The notes under the pieces: generated by a model
Told to the model about the DNA's origin: nothing
Database searches by the model: none
What the model saw: only the letters and a program-made list of their open reading frames with translations
Position numbers and translations under genes: made by a program
Shown here: piece after piece, positions 1-7,106 of the stretch
Layout of the letters: every line of letters begins with the position of its first letter
How positions within the stretch are numbered: the first letter of the stretch is position 1
Sequence record: NZ_CP094937.1
Origin: a plasmid
Direction: 5' to 3' (one strand)
Length of the DNA: 32,029 nt

Positions 1-246
1 TTTATAAGTTTATTAAATACATAGATTATATAATATATAACTACGATATTCATAGCTAATCCAAATAGATCAAATGCCGTAGAATAAAAAATAGTATCAC
101 CTATATTCATCGGACTATTGTATGTGGTAAAAAATTTGAAAGGATACCCATATTCAAACGCAAATCCATCTGATGACGTGCTAGGTAACATATAAGCAGT
201 TAATAATGATATAACTATAGACCACTTAAAAATTTTTTTATCCATA
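1..246 (-). CDS. Partial ORF (start at 246, runs off the window edge) for a small hydrophobic protein (MDKKIFKWSIVISLLTAYML...)
   Basis: Minus-strand ATG at 246 preceded by GAAGGTGA (RBS); no stop before the window start; hydrophobic segments. Not in the ORF track because it is incomplete. Confidence 0.4.
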
Positions 247-583
247 TTTACTTAATCACCTTCATTTTATAATTGTTATAACTTAATTATATCAGAAATT
301 ATACCTAGTCTAGTAATTACTAAAACAGATATTTCTCATTTATATTTAAATAATATAAGTATCTTTTTTATAAACTTTATACCAATATAACAAATCAAAA
401 TTACCATTAAAATAGACACTATTAAATTACTCCATGATAAACTTATAAGTGGCTTCAATTCCATTTTTACTCCCCCTAGTTTTAAAATACAAAAAAATGT
501 CAATTACACATTTTCTAAATCATTATAGCATACTCAATAGTTTTTCTGATTCACGCTAAAAAGAGTTTCATATATATTTGAAT

Positions 584-1248
584 TTAAATTATATAAGCAT
601 CTTTAAATCCTTTTTCTTTAGCTATTTTAACTTTATTTAAAGCATTATTTTTATCTCTATAAGCCCCAATACAGACCTTATATAAAATATCATTTATACA
701 TTCTTCTAATTCAAATAACTTAATTAAATTATTTCTAATAGCTAAAGCTATAGCTTTAATATTATTACTCTCTTTTAAAACTTTTTCTCCTTCAATATTA
801 GATATAAAGTCAACCTCAACTAAAGCTGCAGGCATCTTAGTATGTTTTAAAACTGAAAGCTCCTTACTTAACTTAATTCCTCTATTCCTTATATTAAATA
901 GCTTTGAAATATCTTCACAAAGTCCATTTGAAAAGTTATCTAACTTCTTAATTCCCATTGAATACTCCCAAACTTCAACTCCCCTAACACTTTTATTAGA
1001 AGCCGAGTTTATATGAATAGATAAAAAATAATCTGCTCCAAATTCATTCGCTATTCTAGCTCTTTCTCTAAGTGGAATAAACTTATCTGATAACCTTGTA
1101 AATTTAATATCTAAATCTAATCCTTTTAAATTCTCATTAAGTTCCTTTCCTATAGCTAAAACGACATTTGCTTCACAAGTTCCAGCTTGTCCAATTGCTC
1201 CTGGATCACTTGCTCCATGACCTAAATCAATAACTAATTTTTTCATAA
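584..1248 (-). CDS. N-acetylmuramoyl-L-alanine amidase (Amidase_3 fold) with a C-terminal SPOR-like domain; CwlC- or endolysin-like
   Basis: Product MKKLVIDLGHGASDPGAIG...HINS... is typical of Amidase_3. C-terminus YKVCIGAYRDKNNALNKVKIAKEKGFKDAYII is SPOR-like. Start moved to the ATG at 1246-1248, which follows AGGGGGGAT (RBS). No signal peptide. Confidence 0.85.
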
Positions 1249-1414
1249 AATCCCCCCTATTAATCCCCAAATTGTTAATATTTTCTTGATAATTTAATTA
1301 TAGGGTTTGATATTAATTGAATAAACCAAACTATTGCAATATCTCAATTTTAAAGAAATATAGTTGAAATAAAAAGTTTTAAATAAATACTCTTTTTAGA
1401 AGCCTAATTTACCT

Positions 1415-1451
1415 AGCGTAGGATAGCGGAGCAACGGTTTTATCCTACGCT
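1415..1451 (+). other. Hairpin with a 10-bp perfect stem (AGCGTAGGAT/ATCCTACGCT) and a 17-nt loop AGCGGAGCAACGGTTTT
   Basis: Read directly. It is paired with 31871..31903. Confidence 0.6.
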
Positions 1452-1599
1452 TTATTAAACCTAAATACTTTTTTACCGTAACCCACTTCCAATAATCTAA
1501 AAGTATATATAAAATTAATAAATTTTAATTTCAAAATTAAATATATAGTCCTAAATGTGAAGGTCCTATAAAATAACAATTATATAAGGAGTGATATTA

Positions 1600-1716
1600 T
1601 TGGAAAAAGTAAAAGTTAAATCTAGAAAAAAAAGAGAATCTTTTATAACTATAGATATGGCTATTAAAGGTGGTATTATTTCATTTATATTACTAAGCTT
1701 AGTTTTATTTATATAG
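1600..1716 (+). CDS. Candidate 38-aa small membrane peptide (LEKVKVKSRKKRESFITIDMAIKGGIISFILLSLVLFI), TTG start
   Basis: Strong RBS TAAGGAGTG 7 nt before TTG. Basic N-terminus plus hydrophobic C-terminus. A perfect intrinsic terminator follows immediately. Confidence 0.35.
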   Translation: MEKVKVKSRKKRESFITIDMAIKGGIISFILLSLVLFI

Positions 1717-1738
1717 GTTTGGTTAAAATTTAAAAAAT

Positions 1739-1772
1739 AGGTTATAGCTTTTTGAGCTATAACCTGTTTTTT
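1739..1772 (+). terminator. Rho-independent terminator (11-bp perfect stem AGGTTATAGCT/AGCTATAACCT followed by a T6 run)
   Basis: Read directly: aggttatagct ttttg agctataacct gtttttt. Confidence 0.7.
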
Positions 1773-1888
1773 AAATTTATCGAACCTAATATAACTAAAC
1801 GCAAAGGGAAAGGTGGTGGGGGAGCAGAGAGCGCGGTGGGAGAAGTATGGCCAAGATGAAACGTAATAAATAGTAAGCACAAAAATAA

Positions 1889-1955
1889 AGCTACATATTA
1901 GCTCATATCCTAATAAAAAAATCCTATGTTATATGAGTTAATATGTAGCTTCATT
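1889..1955. repeat. 21-bp inverted repeat (1 mismatch) around a 22-nt loop: AAGCTACATATTAGCTCATAT ... ATATGAGTTAATATGTAGCTT
   Basis: Read directly. Sits in a 460-bp leader upstream of the DUF1659 operon, near a purine-rich tract at 1800-1850. Confidence 0.5.
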
Positions 1956-2189
1956 TCGTATGTCTTAGTTTTTATGTAGTGTAATCTTGGAACATACTGG
2001 GGCTGATTAACCGCAGGTTTAACAGCGTACAGTTCTTTTTAATTATATAAGCTCATGCGTAGCATTTATTTATAAAAATTTTTTTCATCAATAATCTCAC
2101 TCCTATATAATTCCCAACTATCTTTTAGGACTTAATCGAGCCTTTTTACTACACTTAAGTTAAATTAATTTTTCAAAGGAGGAATGAAA

Positions 2190-2438
2190 ATGCCAGATAT
2201 GAAATTAGCTCCAAATGCTTCAGAAGTTGCTCAAATGTCAGCTTTAAGAATCAAATATGACTGTGGTTTAGGTGACAACGGAAGAACAATAGTTAAAACT
2301 AGAAGTTTTTCAAACGTTAAAAACGATGCAAAAGTAGTTGATGTTTACAACGTAGCTGAGATATTAAACGGTCTACAAAAACATGACGTACTATCTGTTG
2401 TAAAAATAGACAACACAGAATTAACACCAGCAAATTAA
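2190..2438 (+). CDS. DUF1659-family small protein
   Basis: Sequence pattern (SALRIKYDCGLGDNGRTIVKTRSFSNVKNDAKVVDVYNVAEIL) matches the small DUF1659 proteins that pair with DUF2922 in Firmicutes. AAGGAGG RBS; the ATG at 2190 has better spacing than the one at 2184. Confidence 0.6.
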   Translation: MPDMKLAPNASEVAQMSALRIKYDCGLGDNGRTIVKTRSFSNVKNDAKVVDVYNVAEILNGLQKHDVLSVVKIDNTELTPAN

Positions 2439-2464
2439 TTTTAAATAAGAAAGGGGATTAAAAA

Positions 2465-2698
2465 ATGAGAAATATAGAAACTAGATTATTAATGGTTTTC
2501 TCTACAACTCTTGGAAGGAAAGTAAGCTTATTTGTATCAGATCCTAAAGAAGATATAACTGAAGCAGAAATAAAAGAGGCTATGGACCAAATAGTTGCTA
2601 AAAATGTATTTGCGCCTAGATTCGGAGAAGAACTTGAAACAGCTTTAGAAGCAAAAGTAGTTCAAACTGCAACTACTGGATATGACTTAGTTATATAG
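2465..2698 (+). CDS. DUF2922-family small protein
   Basis: MRNIETRLLMVFSTTLGRKVSLFVSDPKEDITEAEIKEAMDQIVAKNVF is the characteristic DUF2922 pattern. GAAAGGGG RBS. Confidence 0.6.
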   Translation: MRNIETRLLMVFSTTLGRKVSLFVSDPKEDITEAEIKEAMDQIVAKNVFAPRFGEELETALEAKVVQTATTGYDLVI

Positions 2699-2707
2699 TA
2701 ACACATG

Positions 2708-2738
2708 GAACGTCTCTTTGAACTTCTGAGGGACGTTC
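2708..2738 (+). promoter_or_regulatory. Conserved inter-gene stem-loop (GAACGTC...GACGTTC) between the DUF2922 and yvrJ-like genes, followed by a T-run
   Basis: Read directly. The same block recurs, with the stem disrupted, in the decayed copy at 5217-5262. Confidence 0.4.
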
Positions 2739-2775
2739 TAATCAATTTTTAAAGTTTAATTGGAGGAATAACTCG

Positions 2776-2931
2776 ATGGAACTAGATTTAATGGCTCTAG
2801 TGTCAAATTTAGGATTCCCTGCTATCGTTACAATGTATTTGTTAATTAGAATAGAAGGTAAGCTTGAAAATTTGAGTACTAGTATAAATTCACTTAGTTC
2901 AAATATATATGAATTGAATAATAAAAAATAG
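2776..2931 (+). CDS. yvrJ: YvrJ-family small membrane protein (51 aa; MELDLMALVSNLGFPAIVTMYLLIRIEGKLENL...)
   Basis: Not in the ORF track because it is shorter than the cutoff. GGAGG RBS 6 nt upstream of the ATG. The sequence matches the YvrJ family signature (LVSNxGFP...YLLxRxExKL). Confidence 0.6.
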   Translation: MELDLMALVSNLGFPAIVTMYLLIRIEGKLENLSTSINSLSSNIYELNNKK

Positions 2932-2978
2932 AGAGTATATCTATTGAATTTTTCAAAAGATACACTCTCTATTTTTTA
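2930..2978. terminator. Bidirectional intrinsic terminator (13-bp stem with 1 mismatch, then T7) between convergent genes
   Basis: agagagtatatct ... agatacactctct atttttt. Confidence 0.6.
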
Positions 2979-3000
2979 TTTAATATATTTTTTAAACTAG

Positions 3001-3891
3001 TTAGTTCATCCAACTAGTCCTCCAACTCCCATCTTCATAAATTATTTCATTAGTATTGGTGCCCTCATAGAAACTTGTTGCATTATAACACGCTTTATAA
3101 AATGCAAAATATAAGTTCTGCTTATTGTCATAATACAATTTATTTGTAAATAATATCTCTGCAGTTTTATCTTTATTAGTTAACTCAATAAAATCTTTAT
3201 TTCTAGATTTTATTATTAAGTCCTTATCTTTTATTAACTTATTAAGAATTATATTTAACTTTTCTTTTTTTAATTCTAAAAGTTGATTTTTTTCTTCATT
3301 AAACATTTTTAAATTATTTTTATCGAAGGGAATATTTTTTAAAGTAAGCTCTTCTTTTTCCGCATCTTTTAATTTTTTATTATCTATCAAATCTCCAAAT
3401 TTTTCAATTTTCGAATGTATAAAATCTTGATCAAATTTTAGATTTTCACTTTCAATATTTATTAAATTTTTATTATCAGGAACATCTGATTTCTCTTGAA
3501 TTTCAAAATCAAAATTATTATTTGAATTTAATATAGGTGCTAAATCATTCAATGTAACATGTATAGTTTTAATATCCTCATAAGTTAAAACTTGTGAGGA
3601 ACTATCAGAATTGCCTAATGGTGTAGATGTACAATAATATACAAAATCTAAGTTACTTTGACTATTGCTTTGAGGAACTATATATGCTCCTGCAAATACT
3701 GGAGTATCATTACAATAATCATTATTCAGACTTCCTTCATCAGAGTTACGATTGCTAATATACTTAATTACCTCTTCATCTAAGCGTTTTTTTAAATTTT
3801 GATATTGAGTCTGAGATAAATCAGTCTTATTAAAATAACCTTTTGAAAGGCTTTCAACTTTAGCATTATCTTTTGAATTAATTAATTCCAC
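3001..3891 (-). CDS. Hypothetical Asn/Lys-rich protein. It is in frame with the upstream lipoprotein ORF and separated from it by a single TAA, so it may be the distal part of one longer lipoprotein gene
   Basis: Long ORF. Only a GTG start, with GGAG abutting it, and no internal Met for about 180 codons. Same frame as 3904..4233. Confidence 0.45.
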   Translation of the reverse strand: MELINSKDNAKVESLSKGYFNKTDLSQTQYQNLKKRLDEEVIKYISNRNSDEGSLNNDYCNDTPVFAGAYIVPQSNSQSNLDFVYYCTSTPLGNSDSSSQVLTYEDIKTIHVTLNDLAPILNSNNNFDFEIQEKSDVPDNKNLINIESENLKFDQDFIHSKIEKFGDLIDNKKLKDAEKEELTLKNIPFDKNNLKMFNEEKNQLLELKKEKLNIILNKLIKDKDLIIKSRNKDFIELTNKDKTAEILFTNKLYYDNKQNLYFAFYKACYNATSFYEGTNTNEIIYEDGSWRTSWMN

Positions 3892-3903
3892 TCCAAATTT
3901 TTT

Positions 3904-4233
3904 TTAAAAAAATTCTTTATCATAATTAATATTAAATGTAATTGTATCTCCATTTTTAAAATTACCATTTTCCTTTTTAGATTCTTTAGTTGTAGGAACT
4001 ATTTCAATGAAATAGTCAGATTCATCTAAAAGAACTTCAGCATTTTTTAGCCCTAATTCGTATTTTAGAAATTTCTCTTCATCGAAAGTACATTCTATTT
4101 TTCCCTTACCACTGTATCCACTAATGGAATAATCAAAGTAATTTGCTATATCTTTCTTTTTAGTTCCACATCCAACTGTAAATATACCTATGCATAGTAT
4201 GAGTAAAACAACTAAATATTTAAGTTTTTTCAT
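3904..4233 (-). CDS. Lipoprotein (signal peptide with lipobox FTVGC)
   Basis: MKKLKYLVVLLILCIGIFTVGCG... is a classic Gram-positive lipoprotein signal. Confidence 0.6.
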   Translation of the reverse strand: MKKLKYLVVLLILCIGIFTVGCGTKKKDIANYFDYSISGYSGKGKIECTFDEEKFLKYELGLKNAEVLLDESDYFIEIVPTTKESKKENGNFKNGDTITFNINYDKEFF

Positions 4234-4423
4234 AAATTTACTGTCTCCTATATTTTTTGTATAACTTTAATATTAAGTTAGCTCTAGTTTTTTGTAAATA
4301 TTTACCAAAAAAGTTTGAATTTTACTTACAATATTAATATATTTACTCAAAGAAGGCCTCCATAATCTATTTAGATATAGAGACCTTCTTTATAACTATT
4401 TTGTTAAAAATCAAATTTACTAT

Positions 4424-4590
4424 CTACAATTACGAATAATAGCCCTAAAATAGCTTTCAGACTTTCTGTACTTACTAGCCAATTCCTTTGTATTAAATCC
4501 ATTAAACGCTTCTATAATTTCTCTATCACGAGATTCTTTATATATCATCTTTTCAGCAGGAAAGTACACATATATCCCTCCAAATTCTTA
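4424..4590 (-). pseudogene. N-terminally truncated copy of the Mor-like regulator gene at 12386..12640 (C-terminal ~48 codons, about 80% nucleotide identity)
   Basis: Direct nucleotide comparison with 12386-12560. An in-frame TAA lies just upstream of the conserved EFGG...YFP block. Confidence 0.6.
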
Positions 4591-4703
4591 TGAGATATAT
4601 GTTAAGTCCACAAAATAACCTCATCTAAAAGTGATAAGGAGATTCTCTCAAATAGTTTATTCAGTAGGACCATTTAAAAGAATATCCGTACTACATAAAA
4701 AAA

Positions 4704-4739
4704 AACCACATATTTATAAAAACCCATTTTTCGATACAC
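4704..4739 (+). repeat. Copy 1 of a 36-bp conserved motif: AACCACATATTTATAAA(G/A)A(G/C)CCATTTTTC(G/A)(A/T)(T/C)(A/G)CAC
   Basis: Matches the copies at 10713, 20702 and 20824, all in the same orientation. Confidence 0.6.
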
Positions 4740-4765
4740 ATACTTTTTAATGCGTATATATGTTA

Positions 4766-4880
4766 TTTGTAATATTAACTCTTTTGAAGTTGTATTTTCT
4801 ATTAACATTTGGAGTAATGTTTTATCACCATGAACTACTTTGTCTAAAATTATATTAATTTTGCTTTTGGGATACATCTA
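4766..4880 (-). pseudogene. Fragment of a parA-like gene (homologous to codons ~56-83 of the ParA at 6008..6814)
   Basis: The translated LDKVVHGDKTLLQMLIENTTSKELILQ matches ParA LYKVVHDDKTLFQMLTENTTAKEVILK, and the nucleotide sequence aligns with 6570-6670. The listed ORF 4674..4877 is a chimera of this fragment plus the 36-bp repeat. Confidence 0.6.
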
Positions 4881-4970
4881 TTAATAAAACTCTATTAATT
4901 TTTTACTAAATTCAATAGCTGTAAATATTGTTATAGTTGTCTTTCAAACCCAACCTTTAGCATTTAAAAT

Positions 4971-5022
4971 TAAAAATAAATTAAAAATAAATTTTATAAA
5001 ATTTATTTTTAATTTATTTTTA
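4971..5022. repeat. Symmetric array: 2 x TAAAAATAAAT, a central palindrome, then 2 x ATTTATTTTTA. Looks like a centromere or operator site
   Basis: Read directly. AAAAATAAATTTTATAAAATTTATTTTT is a perfect 28-bp palindrome. Confidence 0.5.
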
Positions 5023-5076
5023 ATTTTAAATAGCATTATTATAGAATTAATTTTAAATAATAAAGCGGATTTAAAA

Positions 5077-5403
5077 ATGAGAAATATAGACACTAAATTA
5101 TTAAGTGTTTTCTCTATAATGATTTAAAAGGATAATACAATTTAGGCATAAATAGAGGTAAAAGTAGTTCAAACTTCAACTAATGGATATGACTTATTTG
5201 TATATTAACTCTTGAAACATCTCTTTGAACTTCTGATTGACGTTCTAATCAATTTTAAAGTTTAGGAATAACCCTAGTATCAATCCAAGACTCCTTTATA
5301 TCGTTACAATATATTTGTTAGTTAGAATATATTGTAAACTTAAAAATTTGAATACTAGCATAAATTCACTTAGTTCAAATGTATATGAATTTAATAAAAA
5401 TAA
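5077..5403 (+). pseudogene. Decayed second copy of the DUF2922 and yvrJ-like region (a stop after 16 codons, with remnants of both genes and of the inter-gene stem-loop)
   Basis: Nucleotide similarity to 2465-2930: atgagaaatatagacactaaattattaagtgttttctct..., ...agtagttcaaacttcaactaatggatatgactta..., ...tcgttacaatatatttgttagttagaata... Confidence 0.6.
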
Positions 5404-5605
5404 ATATACATCTCTTTATAAAAAATTCCCTCAATTTGTCTATATATTTACATGTATTATTTTTATATACTTAAATCTTTAAAACTCCATCTATAATAAA
5501 GAATTCATAAAAACAATTTTAGATGAATTAAATTCAGCTAAAATTGTTTTTATGAAAATTCTATGATATACTCCCTAAAACTTTATATTTTTTCAATTTT
5601 AAAAT

Positions 5606-5643
5606 AATGTTTAAATAAATTATTTTTAATTTATTTAAACATT
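5606..5643. promoter_or_regulatory. Perfect 16-bp inverted repeat (AATGTTTAAATAAATT, 6-nt spacer, AATTTATTTAAACATT) overlapping the stop codon of the parA partner gene. Candidate protein-binding site
   Basis: Read directly. Made only of A and T, so it is more likely a DNA-binding site than a terminator. Confidence 0.45.
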
Positions 5644-6007
5644 ATTTATTATTTTTTTTAACTTTATTTTCTTTATCATATTTTTTTACCATCTCTTGAA
5701 CTTTGAAATCACTAGGTAAATTAGCTTTAGTAGTTTTTACAGTACTTTTTATTAAGTTGCTAATTGTCTTTTGAACTGTTGTATTTTTTAGAACAGATAC
5801 AGATTTTAATATTTCTAATTCCTCTTGCTCTAAATAAATTGTAAGCGGAGATTTTTTTACTTTTTTTTCTTCTTTCATATCAAGTAAGTTTACACCATCA
5901 ATGTCTATATCAATATTATTTTCTATAATTGAATCAACTTTATTTTGATAATCATTTTTTCTAATTTTTATATCTGATACATCTTCTTTAAATATATCTA
6001 AAGCCAT
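5642..6007 (-). CDS. Small ParA partner protein (ParG/ParB-like centromere-binding protein of a type Ib partition system)
   Basis: Its start codon overlaps the parA stop (TAAATG), which indicates translational coupling. Small size (121 aa), charged and K-rich. The assignment rests on position only. Confidence 0.45.
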   Translation of the reverse strand: MALDIFKEDVSDIKIRKNDYQNKVDSIIENNIDIDIDGVNLLDMKEEKKVKKSPLTIYLEQEELEILKSVSVLKNTTVQKTISNLIKSTVKTTKANLPSDFKVQEMVKKYDKENKVKKNNK

Positions 6008-6814
6008 TTATAAAACCTCCTTAGCCTTTAACTCTTCTATAAATTCATTAAAATCACTTCTTACTTTGTGAGCTTTTTTAGTTTTTCTACAATAGTCTTC
6101 TAAATCCATTTTATTTAAAATAGCATTTCTAACTACTGTTGTTTCACTTATTTTAGCTTGTACCAAATCTTTTTGTATATTTTCAAACTTATCTAGGTAA
6201 CTATTAAATAAATCTCCTGTACTTAACTTTCTAGTTGTATACGAATTTATAACTACAGCTCTTTTAGTTTTTAATTTAATATCTAAAAACTCTAAATCTT
6301 GTTTAAACTTTTGATAGAATAACTCACATCCTCTTATTGATGCAATATCTTGGTACTCAATAGGTGTAATTATAGAGTCTGATATTAACATAAAGTTTCT
6401 AGCTATAAGATCATATGATGGTGATAAATCTACAAATACATAATCATATTTTTCTATATCTTCTATATTATTTTTAAACCATCTCCATACTGCTTTTTCT
6501 CTTCCCATTTGGGTTGATAAATATTCCGATAATACACTTAAACTAATATCACTTGGTATTATATCTATATTTTTAAATTCCTCTACAGGTGATTTTAATA
6601 TTACTTCTTTTGCAGTTGTATTTTCTGTTAACATTTGGAATAGTGTCTTATCATCATGAACCACTTTATATAAAAATTGTGTTAAATTTGCTTGAGTGTC
6701 TGCATCTATTAATAATACTTTTTTTCCTTCTTTACTCAACTTCATAGCTGTAAGTATTGTAAGAGTTGTCTTTCCAACTCCTCCTTTAACATTGAAAAAT
6801 GAACATATTTTCAT
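6008..6814 (-). CDS. parA: ParA/Soj-family partition ATPase (deviant Walker A KGGVGKTT)
   Basis: MKICSFFNVKGGVGKTTLTILTAMKLSKEGKKVLLIDADTQANL is the canonical ParA N-terminus. At 268 aa it fits type Ib. Confidence 0.9.
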   Translation of the reverse strand: MKICSFFNVKGGVGKTTLTILTAMKLSKEGKKVLLIDADTQANLTQFLYKVVHDDKTLFQMLTENTTAKEVILKSPVEEFKNIDIIPSDISLSVLSEYLSTQMGREKAVWRWFKNNIEDIEKYDYVFVDLSPSYDLIARNFMLISDSIITPIEYQDIASIRGCELFYQKFKQDLEFLDIKLKTKRAVVINSYTTRKLSTGDLFNSYLDKFENIQKDLVQAKISETTVVRNAILNKMDLEDYCRKTKKAHKVRSDFNEFIEELKAKEVL

Positions 6815-6829
6815 AATTTACACCTCATT

Positions 6830-6960
6830 ATTTTAAATTTAAAAACAAATTATTTTTAAATTATTTTAAATTTTTTTTAAATTTTCCTAAACATTTTTTT
6901 AGAATTATTATAACATTATTTTAAATTCAATATCAAATCAAATATTTTAAACTTCTTTAT
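6830..6960. promoter_or_regulatory. AT-rich region upstream of parA with reiterated TAAATT(A)TTTT units. Candidate partition centromere and promoter/operator
   Basis: Read directly. It sits where type Ib systems carry their centromere. Confidence 0.4.
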
Positions 6961-7106
6961 TTTATTCCATGTATATGTAAATATCTTTTTACTTTTTTGC
7001 CATCTGCTCACATATACAAATATGCTTTTTATACTCTAATATAAAAAGTACAATAGATAATATTATTACATAATACCTATTGTACTTTTTCATTAATAGT
7101 ATTGTA

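Noticed and set aside
1246-1262. AAAATCCCCCCTAT near 1250 resembling the C-run end of the Tn3 IR
   Set aside because: On the coding (minus) strand it is simply the AGGGGGGAT Shine-Dalgarno of the amidase gene, and similarity to the IR does not extend beyond the C-run.
1566-1880. Minus-strand 104-aa ORF
   Set aside because: It overlaps, antisense, the RBS-equipped mini-ORF and its perfect terminator. The composition is low-complexity and there is no RBS. The plus-strand features explain the region better.
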